From Salisapilia sapeloensis CBS 127946 (lineage: Eukaryota; Protista; Oomycota): DNA of 64,000 nucleotides. The DNA lies in contig JAADVB010000032.1 of NCBI GenBank assembly GCA_023334545.1, forward strand, positions 43,306 through 107,305, written 5' to 3'. Shown here in pieces: positions 1-10,132 of the stretch. Numbering within the stretch: the stretch's first letter is position 1; the number at the start of each line of letters is the position of its first letter. The notes below the pieces were generated by a model that searched no databases, was not told where the DNA came from, and saw only the letters and a program-made list of their open reading frames with translations. The translations under genes were made by a program, and so were the position numbers.

Positions 1-2
1 GA

Positions 3-2939
3 GCCCAGCTTGCGCTCACCTTACTCGAGACCTCGACCTACGATCAGGCCAAGTTCTTCGCGTTGCAGACACTGCAAGAGCGTCTAATGTACAACTCTCC
101 ATATGCAACTAGTGATGCTGCAGTCAACATCCGGTCTAGAGTCATGGAATGGCTCCAAAAGCAGCTTCCTACACTGGATGCTCAGCCCTCCTTTCTAAAG
201 ACGAAAGAAGCGGTCGTGCTCACTCGACTCATTCGTCGAGACTACCCTCAAGCATGGCCACAAGCATTCTCAGACCTGCTTTCACTCATACCTGCAGGTG
301 GTAGCTCCATGGTCGAGCTCTACTTCCGAGTACTCATCGCCATTCATGAAGAAATCGTCGAGTACAATGAACAGCGAGGCCAAGACCAGGCAGCACGTAA
401 CATGCAGATCAAGGACGCTATGCGTGAATCTACCTGCATGCAAGAGACCTTTGACACCATTTACAATGTCCTTTGCAATTGGAAATCGAGTGACACGATG
501 GCCGAACTGAGCTCCAGTGCTCTTGAAACGCTGAAGTGTTACATTAGTTGGGTGGACCTCGGTCTTGTCGTCAATGATAAATTGCTACCACTTCTCTTTG
601 ACATTCTGAAACAGGACGACGGCCAATTACGCTGTCTAGCTGCTAATTGCATGTTTGAGATCGTGGATAAAGGCATGAGTGCGGAGAAAAAAGTATTATT
701 AATTCGAGACCTGCAGATATTGCCGCTCTTACCTTCGCTCCTAGCACAGGACGATGATGATTTTTCTGAAGAGTTAGGTGAAATCGTCAATGCCATTGGG
801 CTGGAGCTCGTTCAAGCGATCGATCACTTCCGTAACACCAACCAGCCAGAGCTTTTGGACGCTTCGAGGGATATGCTGACAGTCTTGATGCCTCTTGTCT
901 GGCGCATCTTTTCTCACGAGAACAAGGATGTGTCGGAAGAAGTGTTTGAGATTGTGGATGCCATTGGCACATTAATCCGATCGGAGAACAGCATGTCTCC
1001 GGATGACCCTTCTTTAGCTAGATTCAGTGCAATGCAGTACCTACCTCAGATCCTTCACGGCATCTACCGACAAACACGATATCCGGAGGAAGATGCTGGA
1101 TCAGACGAAGCTGAGTTCGAGTCCTATCGGCGTAGTCTGTACAAGATTTTCGTCAACTTGTCACGTGTTCGGCCAAACGATCTGCTTACATTCCTCACAA
1201 ACCTCGGTCAGGAGGTCCTGTCGAACTTTGATCAGTGGAGCGCGAGGGACTTGGAGTCGTACCTTTCTCTCGTCTTTAAATTTAAAGAAGGTCTATCCGC
1301 TCTCAAGGGTAATGCCAACGTGTATGAAGAACCGAATGGCGAGTTGTACCGAATGGTCGCAAGCATTCACACGAAGATGATCGAGACATGCGCGTCTAAG
1401 GTCCTCCATTCGTCTGTACTGCTCACCTACTATGACCTGGCTGTCCGCTACGCTCGCGTCTTGCAGCATAACACAGAGCTAGTACCTGGTTTACTGAATC
1501 TGATGTTTGGCAACAACGGACTAGTACATTCAGACGCTCACGTACGATCAAGAGTGTGCTACTTGTGCCTCCGGCTCGTAAAGACAGTCGGTAGTAGTGC
1601 CATTCATCCGCACGTGAACATCCTTCTTCAGTCATTACAGCCACGATTGAGTATCCCGGAAGACATGTCTGTCGCAGGCATCGCCGAGCGTCGAGCCCAA
1701 GACCCGTACTTCCTCCCATTTGACGACCAGCTCTATCTCTTTGAACTAGCTGGTCAAGTCGTCACGTCCGTCGTTCCGAATAACAATATCGAAGGACAGT
1801 CCACGTCGGAGATGATGGAGCTCAAGTACCACTATACGAAAGCAGTGCTAGAACCTTTGTTACATGCTCTCGAGACGAGTGTGACGGCAGTGAACAATGG
1901 CAACGCTTCCATGGACATTGTTGTCGCGCGTGTCACTTGTATCCTGAGCGCTACTGCCCACGTGATGAAAGCGTTTAAAACGACCACGACGATAAATCAT
2001 CAACAGGAGCTGTTCACACAAGTACTCACCGCCACGAGCTTTGTGACACGCGTGTTTGCAGCCTACGCGAGTGTACGCTCCAAGGCGGTTTTCATGCTCC
2101 ATAGGCTGATCCCAGTTTTGGAGAATGATCAGCTACTGGCCAATGTCCCCGACACGCTGCGTCATCTCATGGTGCAATGCGAGAGTGGAGACGTCGTGGA
2201 AGTTGTCCAGCTTCTCGATCAACTTATCCTCAAGCACAAGCAAGATCTCTTTCCTTTCTTTGATGAAGTCGCGGTGCCGTTCATCCAACGACTGTATGCT
2301 CTTCTTCCGTCTTCCACTGTCTCGACGCAGAGTGAAACGAAGGACGCAGCGTTGCTCGAACGAGAGAGTATTCAAAAGTACATGTTTGCCTTCCTCCATC
2401 ATCTCGTGACACATCAATTGGATCGAGTGCTCGTGAGTGAACGCAACGGAGGGCAGTTGGAAAGTCTACTGCGATTGACGTTGGACGGATGCACGAACGT
2501 CGCGGAGCCAACGGTCAATCGAGGCTGCTTCTCCATTGCCCACGAACTCGTTGCGAGGTGGGTGCTTGGAGCAAATGACGGATCGACACAGGTGCTAAGT
2601 GGTATTGCTGGTGGCGAGAGTCCACTCCCGGAAGCTTCACGTCAACAGTTTTTGCAAATGGTCGTCCAAGACTTTACTGCCGCAGCCTTCACCTTGTCCA
2701 AGTGTCGCCACTTCCAGACATACGACGCACAGTGTGGGCAAACGATCAAGGACATTGCCATTATGATGCTCGTGCTTACGCAAGCCATGGGAGACGAGTA
2801 TCTTCGCTATGTCCAGCAAGGCGTCTTGCCTAGCGTAGGCTGCAGTCCCGAAGCGGCGACGACCTTTGCCGATAGCTTGCGATCGGGAGACCGGAAGATC
2901 GTGATGGACGCGTACAAGTGGGTCGTCCAACAGTTCTGA
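3..2939 (+). CDS. XPOT: Exportin-T (tRNA exportin, Los1/Xpo-t), 5'-truncated by window edge
   Basis: The frame is open from base 3 (AQLALTLLETSTYDQAKFFALQTLQE...), so the TTG at 63 is not the start. Importin-beta-family HEAT protein with Xpo1-like N-terminal motifs (RDYPQAWPQAFSDLL, YISWVDLGLVVND) and an exportin-T-like C-terminus (VRSRVCYLCLRLVK). Confidence 0.85.
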   Translation, partial: AQLALTLLETSTYDQAKFFALQTLQERLMYNSPYATSDAAVNIRSRVMEWLQKQLPTLDAQPSFLKTKEAVVLTRLIRRDYPQAWPQAFSDLLSLIPAGGSSMVELYFRVLIAIHEEIVEYNEQRGQDQAARNMQIKDAMRESTCMQETFDTIYNVLCNWKSSDTMAELSSSALETLKCYISWVDLGLVVNDKLLPLLFDILKQDDGQLRCLAANCMFEIVDKGMSAEKKVLLIRDLQILPLLPSLLAQDDDDFSEELGEIVNAIGLELVQAIDHFRNTNQPELLDASRDMLTVLMPLVWRIFSHENKDVSEEVFEIVDAIGTLIRSENSMSPDDPSLARFSAMQYLPQILHGIYRQTRYPEEDAGSDEAEFESYRRSLYKIFVNLSRVRPNDLLTFLTNLGQEVLSNFDQWSARDLESYLSLVFKFKEGLSALKGNANVYEEPNGELYRMVASIHTKMIETCASKVLHSSVLLTYYDLAVRYARVLQHNTELVPGLLNLMFGNNGLVHSDAHVRSRVCYLCLRLVKTVGSSAIHPHVNILLQSLQPRLSIPEDMSVAGIAERRAQDPYFLPFDDQLYLFELAGQVVTSVVPNNNIEGQSTSEMMELKYHYTKAVLEPLLHALETSVTAVNNGNASMDIVVARVTCILSATAHVMKAFKTTTTINHQQELFTQVLTATSFVTRVFAAYASVRSKAVFMLHRLIPVLENDQLLANVPDTLRHLMVQCESGDVVEVVQLLDQLILKHKQDLFPFFDEVAVPFIQRLYALLPSSTVSTQSETKDAALLERESIQKYMFAFLHHLVTHQLDRVLVSERNGGQLESLLRLTLDGCTNVAEPTVNRGCFSIAHELVARWVLGANDGSTQVLSGIAGGESPLPEASRQQFLQMVVQDFTAAAFTLSKCRHFQTYDAQCGQTIKDIAIMMLVLTQAMGDEYLRYVQQGVLPSVGCSPEAATTFADSLRSGDRKIVMDAYKWVVQQF

Positions 2940-3176
2940 CTGGATTAGGTAGTATCGTAGGAAAGAGATGGGTTTAGTTAAATGCGAACAAGTTTTTGGA
3001 GCAGTACATGCAAGCAAGTTCCTTGGCTGTAGACGTGTACGCTAGATATAAGGAATCAAAGGAAGAGATGGAACACTTACTGTATAGAATTTTAAGTCGT
3101 ATGCTACTTTATTCTTAAACGCATAATTGTCTTTGATGAGACGTCTTGCGGATGGCGTCGATCGAAAAGAAGTTTG

Positions 3177-4661
3177 CTACGGACTACATTGACTCTGCAC
3201 TGCCGCCATGACGCCACCTAGACAATTGCAGTAAGACTGTTCATAAATCGACATGGCCATCTCTGGAGTAAATTGCTTGTCGGAAGGTATGGATTCGTCT
3301 TGAGCCCATTCCGACGTCTCTGGCTCGATACGGACACATGATTGGATTAACAACTTGTTGGCCGGGTCTTCGGGAGAAGGCTCCAAGCAGATTCTATCAA
3401 CACATTGTTATTCACGTAGGTGCATTACGGATACAGATTGTACGTACAATGTGCGATCACGAACGGGAATCGGCGTTGGGTCATGCTCAGATGTAAAGTA
3501 TTTTGATAACGTTTCCATGGCAACCCAGGCACGTCCTTCATCCGCAACGCAGCGAACGACAAGATAACCCGTCAGCTTGTCTCTGTGTCTGCCCTGTCCG
3601 AACATGTCCGTGCCACAAAGCGTCATTGGATCCTCCATTTCGCGCAAGTCCTACCACCAAGTCGTTCAAGACGATTCCGTCAATAGAAAATATGAGCAAC
3701 GTACTCTGTGGTACCCATGCTCTTCTTCATAGATATCCACCGCCTGCAGTTGCTTCCACCCCAAATGCACGAACTGCTGCAATGAACAATTTAGTTCGCA
3801 GCTTTCGATGACTTGTGCCTGCTCAGCGTGCCTAATACCATCTCGACTCATCTGAGATGTCAGCGTCCGATTAATTCGACCATCAGTAGCGCTAAACTGC
3901 TGAAACACTTGCCAAATGTTGTCTTTGCAATGGATTAAGTCCGATAGTCGAGACTGCAGAAGCGTGAACGTGTCTTTTGGCATCGGCATGCGGTAGGAAG
4001 AAGGACTCACAGGTGGCGTCGAGACAAGCGAGTTTCGGAGTGAAGCGATGTTGTCTTGTGTTTGCGCAACTAAACGCCGGAGTTTCGTGTTCTCTTCCAC
4101 TGCTCGAAGTCGTAGCTGACGTTCGTAGGTTGCAGCACGTTTCCATGGAGAAATTTCCGAGGTCGCATGGCGACGATAGAGGATCTGAAGGTCACGCTTC
4201 AAAGCAGTGTGCTCCAGTTCGAGCTTTCGCAATTCATCCTTTTCACGAAGCTTTCGTTTGGGAGAATTCGACTCCTGGACTTGGGAATGGTCCGTAGTCT
4301 TGTGCTTAAATGAAACCTCCGGCAAGTCTCCTGTAAGTCCCGTTGTCTTGTCTGTTTGATGATTGTACGCATCACCATTCAATGTGAACGATGGCACGGA
4401 CGCCACTGACGCACGTACAGGGACCTAGTATTGGATGTTCATCAGTATCAATCTTTCATCCATTCGTGTTGACGCATACGGTGCGACTAGATTGTCGATA
4501 TGTAAGAGACGACGCACCAGTGGATTGGGGATACTTTGTAGCTCACTTTGCGAACAGGCTTGACTAGTAGCGACCGCGGATAGTAGGCTGGAGATTTCAT
4601 CATCCGAAAGCTCCGGCATACCGCTTGTTTCCATGTCACTTTCATATGCAGTAGAAGTCAT
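3177..4661 (-). CDS. M96 mating-specific-like protein (basic/coiled-coil plus START-like C-terminal region), 4 exons
   Basis: ATG at 4661. Introns at about 4425-4517 (uncertain), 3651-3704 and 3394-3447 (GTACGT...AG) join four in-frame ORF pieces. Motif KLRKLELE...SPWKRAATYERQLRLRAVEENTKLRRLV is typical of this expanded oomycete family. Confidence 0.6.
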
Positions 4662-6021
4662 CTGTCGATCGTTCTCAGGAGAACTGTGTAGGAATTAGGA
4701 GCAAGTTGATCTGCAGGTACGAAACTCGCTGCTCCTCTGACACCATGATGCGTGGATTGGTTCATGTAGACAGTGTACGATACTCTTGTAGACAGGATAT
4801 CCGGCTGTTTTTGCTTGAACGATCGGCACGTGCAGCGATTCCTCGTGTCAGTTCTACCCATCAGACCACTACCTTCCGGATTTGCGGATGGGCAATGATA
4901 ACGTTAGAAGTGGAGGACCAAATGTCAAAAAGTGCGCCTCCATTCCTGCAGCGAAAGCGCCACTGACAAGGTTCTGCTTTCAGTTCAGCATGCGTTTTGG
5001 CTTTCGCAAGTACTTGAGACAAACAAGGATTTCGAACTATAGTCTAGCTAAATGTTGTTTTTGGCAAAATTGATTTGCTCGAAGCGACCATCAAAGTATT
5101 TAAAGCAAATACTTTTTATTTGATCTTCAATTTAGACATACATTTATTAGTTTCTCGCTGTCAGAAGTGCAATCGGGTGGATCCAAACGAGCTTACATCA
5201 ACGATCTAGTCGAGAAGCAGTAACAATGCGATTCAAAGCGTGACTTGAAAGAAGTGCGTTTATCTCTCTACTCTAGCAACGACTGCACGACATTTTCATG
5301 AGCCGAGTGCCGTGCAGTCACACTGGACGTTAAACCGAATCGTAGCCTCCCACTTTCACATGACTTGGTAGCGTTGGTCATACATATCAGGTTACCAAAC
5401 AATTACATGGAACTTCAAGGTGTGGAACTGGCGACATCGTCGATAGATACATGCAATATCTGGTCTGCTCTCGATCGTACTGGAAAATATGGAGAACACC
5501 ACATGAGTCACCTGCCATTAAACCAAATGAATTGATTAACGCCTTGCTTCCCTGCATCGGCAAGTGTACCTTCATAGAAATAAAAACATTGCGCATATCC
5601 TTCTGTCTTTTGAATTTTATTGAGAGGCAATACGTGCGAAAAGGTCTTGCCATGCGATGGCTCCTATACCGACATCTCTGAAACTTTTGACCCACCTCAA
5701 GAGTCGACGGTACAGAGCAAGATTATTTGAGATATACTACCTTTTAACGTAAGCATGCATAGAGTACTTCAGCTATAAAACGTTTCCTAGCGCCATATAA
5801 ACATTTGCCTGCTCTCGGTATAAAAGCCAGCTACACTGATCGTGAGCGATTTGTAGCTGTCAATCGAAAAGATACCTACTCATCGCGTCCTCGCTGCTCG
5901 CCCTTGTCCCAATTGCTACAAGTATCACGAAGTGTCAGATACAGAATAAAAAAGGAGCGAATGGGGAAGTCGAAAGGGAATTACTTTGGATCAGCTATTA
6001 CGAGCTCGCTCCCAATCTTAC

Positions 6022-6037
6022 CCATTTACGAATTTAC
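6022..6037 (+). promoter_or_regulatory. Inr+FPR-like core promoter
   Basis: CCATTTACGAATTTAC ends 5 nt before the ATG at 6043 and resembles the oomycete YCATTYY-NN-AWTTTNC consensus. Confidence 0.4.
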
Positions 6038-6042
6038 CGACG

Positions 6043-7390
6043 ATGAACGTCCAAGCATATAATTCCCATTCGTCCGGACAAAATGAAAATGTGTTCCTCT
6101 TGTCCGAAGATGAAACGCACTACCTCATGTACCAATTCGACGAAGAGCCATGCGTGACACCACCATCAAGTATATTCAAGGTACGTTCTTGTACATTTTC
6201 CAAGCATGCCCACTAGCATACTCACCGACTATTCCCGCCTGTAGAACTTTGAATTTACTTCCGAGCCGGTTTGGGAACGGTCTCCATCTACGACATACAC
6301 TTCATCGCCAGCATCCAGTGATACGGCGTTGAGCACTTCAAAGAAGAAAAAGGTTCGCACACAGTCCAAGAAGAGCGGTACACAATTGCAACGAGCAGAA
6401 ATCATTCGCTTGCGTCAGACTGCGAGTGAACTCGAAACCCAACTTTCGTCGCTTCAGTCTCGCCAGACCATTGAGGTAAGCACACAGGACGGATGGAAGC
6501 GAGTGGCAAATAAGCTCAGTCTCGAGCGAAGTCAATCAATTTTACAGAACAAGAAGCTGCGCGAGCAAGTTCGCGAGAACCGACAAGCGCTCGCCCAGCT
6601 CCAGGCATCGATTGAAAAGTCGTCCACTAAAGCCAAGGCTGCGGCGATGGCGAATCGGCCGCGAGCTGCCATACCAGTCGTCTCTTCTGTCGATGTTTCG
6701 TATCGGGAGCTCATGGTGGGTGTGGACGCCAACTGTCGACGAGTGCAAATGATTTACGGCCAAGCCAAGAATATTTTGCAGTCTCAACCATTCGTATTGA
6801 CACAAGAGCGAGATGCATCCCGAGCGCTGAAGAGCGTGACGGTGTCTGATTCCTTTGAGCTTCCGCGAAATATGAACCATGTGAGGAACAGTCTACTGAC
6901 GTTTATGCGTGACATGTTGCATGCGTGGGAAGAGAGCACTGGTTACCATCGAAACGTATGCCAGCAAATTTCCCAAGACTCTGTCTTCTGGAGTGCAAAG
7001 ATGCAACTGGAACGGTCACCTTGTCAACTCAAGTCCGACGTCGCATACCGCGTGTTGCCTCTTAAAGATGACGTCGTGGCACTTGTGCTCGACACGGCAA
7101 CTGAATTCTACATTGAAGGCGAGGACCGGACTCTGATGATTCGATCCCAAGCTTACATCTTCTACGAGCCTTTGCCAAGTGACCCAGACAACAAGATTCG
7201 AGTCAGCGTCCACATTCGCATGCGTCCAGATCCGAATATGCCGGCAGAAGCGCAGCAGGTGATCAAGAACGGATTCACTACCGACCTCGTCCTTTTCAAG
7301 TTTGACAACATGTATGTACCGCGGCTCAAGGGCTTTGGAGATGGGTCCTATCTACGTACTGATACGACTCCAGCCCAAGTTTCCGTATGA
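6043..7390 (+). CDS. M96 mating-specific-like protein (basic/coiled-coil plus START-like region), 2 exons
   Basis: ATG at 6043 (MNVQAY...). Phase-0 intron 6181-6244 (GTACGT...TGTAG) joins it in frame to ORF 6329-7390. Motif RAEIIRLRQTASELETQL...GWKRVANKLSLERSQSILQNKKLREQV. Confidence 0.65.
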
Positions 7391-7498
7391 AGCAAGTAGT
7401 TGTTTTATTTCAGAAAAAAATTCAATGCGTGTAAGCTCTTTTGCTTGGAGCCCGTCTTAACGTTAGGCTATCCTACGATGTGTTCGACTAGGTTCTAG

Positions 7499-9664
7499 TC
7501 ACTTGCGTCGAGCTTTGTCTAAAAGCGAGAGAATGTGCTCTTTGTCTGTGTCTGAGTACCCGAGCTCTCCGAGCCGTCGATGGAAACTCTTGAGCTTAAG
7601 CGTACCATACGACATACTGCTCATACCCAGCATGACGTCCATCAGCAGCTTCGGGTCTTCCAGTTTAAGCAGCTCTTCTCTCTCCACGGCGCATAGATTT
7701 GGGAAGGAGAGTCGCCACAATTCTCCAAACTTTTTATTCGCCTTCTCTCGAGCCGCCTCCGTCTCCAACAGTTTCTCTTTTCCATTCGAACCGACTTCTG
7801 GTAACTCGACTTCCGTGATCGAATGCCGGTGTCGAATCGTCCGTTCCGTTGCCGCACTTCCATTCTTGAGCAAAGCATATCGGAACCCATCCGGCTCCAT
7901 AATCGGCTTCGGAATACCCTCTTGTATGTATCCATCTTTCCCGACGGAAACAGTGACACTCGCATCATCCGGGAGATCCGTTACGTCTGAAACAGGCTCT
8001 CCATGGTCCGTCGACAAGTCAATGATCTCTCGATCCTTCACTTGAAACCGTGTCCGGATGACGTTTAATAACGTCTCGAGCTCTGTGCCTTCAAAGAAAG
8101 AGATGGTAACAGGTTTGCCGAACGTCGAAAGTCCATTCACTTTCAATGACTTGAGACGAGCATGTGCTGGTTCCATCCCGTATAGGCCATTCGAGTAGGA
8201 GGTATGGACAGAGTTCGTAGAGGCTGTTGCAGTCCTCAATTGTGTCGGGGCAGACCGTCGAGGTCGAGGAAGGTTGATTTGCCACAACCTGCCGACGCAT
8301 ATATCGCACACTCTTCGGCCTTGATTCTCTCCGGCCGTGTCTGGCGTGTCCATCGCTCTCTCCGGTGCTGCTAGTCGAGTGCTCGTGCACTTTGCACAGT
8401 AGCTCTTTGTACAGTACTTGCACCGGTGTTTCCACTCGAGGATGCCAAAGAGCTTTCGACAGTGCGCACATCGATCTGTACGTCTCGCATTCTTCTGTTG
8501 AATCGGCACCGGTCGATCTGGAAGTTGTTGCTGTAATAACAAATCGAACTCTTCTTCTGCTAGACTAGAACCCTTGTACAACCGCAGTTCTTCCATCTGC
8601 AGAGCTCGTAAGAAACCTGTGTTCGGGTAAACGACGCCTCTGGACGACAGCGCGTAGTTGACGGCCGTCACGAGCGACCATCGGTGGGCTCGCATCAGGT
8701 ACATGATGACGAGTGTGCCGGATCGAGAGATGCCTTGTGTGCAGTGGATGAGCACTCGTCCGTGCTGCGTGCGTTTCGCGGACTCGATGAACGTAAAAAC
8801 CTGGTTAAAGTAGGCACTGATGTCTGCGTCTGGATGGTCTTTAATCTTCACTTCACAGTACTTGACGCCCTTGCCTTCAAACGCGTTATCTGTATCTAAA
8901 CTTGCATTGACGACGTGTGTGATGCCTAAGTGTTTCCGAACTTCCTCGCTCTGTGCGTGCCACATATTACCCAAAAACAAAAAGCCTTCTAGTATCTCAT
9001 TCGGGTAGTTCACGTTATGTGTCCCACTGTGCGTTCGTGTGATGCCTGCCGTGGCAGATGCGAATTGTTCCAACCGAGATGCTGTCGTGAAGAACGGGTA
9101 TCTGTATTTGAACGCTAGAAAGCCGTCGGACAGCGTTTTCACGCTCATGACGGATCCTTCCTCGATCAAGAGCTGACGCAATCTGTCCTGATGAGCGTTT
9201 GACAGCGCCTGCTGAATCCTTGACTGCGGACTGATGTCGACAGTGGGCTGTTTGTCTCCTTGGTCGAATGGAGCGGTTCCGCTGCGTCGAACGAGGTCGC
9301 CGAAAAGCACAATTTCACGCAAATGACGCTTTTTCGAGGTAAATAAGAATCGTTGCTCTGGAAGCATGGACGCCTCTGCCTGTTCTAATGAGTATTCCTG
9401 GGTATCACCATTCTCCGGTGGCGGAATGTTCACTGCTGACGGAATCGAGTCCTGCTCATACTGTTCTCTTGGTCGTGTGTCAACTAGAATCAGTCCGCGG
9501 GAAGCCTGTGCCTGGTTGAACATCCAGCGGCAATCGACCGTAGCCGTGGCGACGCGGCGCTTTCGTCGTACACAAGCATCGATGCCAGCATTTTCACGTC
9601 CGCTTTCTCCGGACAGTCCATCCGGCGTGGTGTTCACTGATTCTTGCGTCGCAACGGGCTGCAT
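7499..9664 (-). CDS. Dual-specificity (MKP-like) phosphatase: rhodanese domain + DSP catalytic domain + FYVE-like zinc finger
   Basis: First ATG at 9664. Rhodanese-like LILVDTRPREQYEQDSIPSAVNIP; YPNEILEGFLFLGN; intact HCTQGISRS catalytic loop; CAHC...KHRCKYC...YCAKC...RVCDIC FYVE-type Cys pattern. Confidence 0.88.
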   Translation of the reverse strand: MQPVATQESVNTTPDGLSGESGRENAGIDACVRRKRRVATATVDCRWMFNQAQASRGLILVDTRPREQYEQDSIPSAVNIPPPENGDTQEYSLEQAEASMLPEQRFLFTSKKRHLREIVLFGDLVRRSGTAPFDQGDKQPTVDISPQSRIQQALSNAHQDRLRQLLIEEGSVMSVKTLSDGFLAFKYRYPFFTTASRLEQFASATAGITRTHSGTHNVNYPNEILEGFLFLGNMWHAQSEEVRKHLGITHVVNASLDTDNAFEGKGVKYCEVKIKDHPDADISAYFNQVFTFIESAKRTQHGRVLIHCTQGISRSGTLVIMYLMRAHRWSLVTAVNYALSSRGVVYPNTGFLRALQMEELRLYKGSSLAEEEFDLLLQQQLPDRPVPIQQKNARRTDRCAHCRKLFGILEWKHRCKYCTKSYCAKCTSTRLAAPERAMDTPDTAGENQGRRVCDICVGRLWQINLPRPRRSAPTQLRTATASTNSVHTSYSNGLYGMEPAHARLKSLKVNGLSTFGKPVTISFFEGTELETLLNVIRTRFQVKDREIIDLSTDHGEPVSDVTDLPDDASVTVSVGKDGYIQEGIPKPIMEPDGFRYALLKNGSAATERTIRHRHSITEVELPEVGSNGKEKLLETEAAREKANKKFGELWRLSFPNLCAVEREELLKLEDPKLLMDVMLGMSSMSYGTLKLKSFHRRLGELGYSDTDKEHILSLLDKARRK

Positions 9665-10132
9665 ACTCAACAATATGCCCAAAAACGATGCACCGGTTGG
9701 AGAATTCGGGCGCGCAAAGTTCTGCCCGTCGGCGTCGCAGGAGGCCGAAAGAGCCGATTCCTCGTAGCTATCAGTACGAAACGTACGGAGCCATCGACTT
9801 TGGGTAGAAAAAGGGCCGTTGCATACTTGGTTTCAGTCAGTTCCAGTGCATGGCACCCACGGTCCTTGCTCAGGTCGTGATTAAACCAGCTGGAGACGTC
9901 CGGATCTCGGCCGCCTTGTGCTTCTCCCGGACCGTCCAATCAAGCGATTGGCCTCTAATAGAAATCATTGAAGCTTGCTTGCTTCGTCCAGCGCTACATT
10001 CTGAGAAGCTTGCCCAAGATAGCTTTTACATGTCCATCTCCGTGTTTCGACTTGGCAATTGACAACGAGGATTGAGGTACTTCAAATGCATTATTTACAA
10101 GCTCTATTCTAAATCTAACCCGGATAGCCATC

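Noticed and set aside
3511-3524. Perfect RFX X-box-like palindrome GTTTCCATGGCAAC
   Set aside because: It lies inside a coding exon (encodes VAMET on the minus strand) of a non-ciliary gene, and RFX is not known in stramenopiles.
5281-5319. 9-bp inverted repeat GACTGCACG...CGTGCAGTC in the M96 spacer
   Set aside because: Several such short hairpins are expected by chance in 64 kb; there are no ncRNA or MITE hallmarks.
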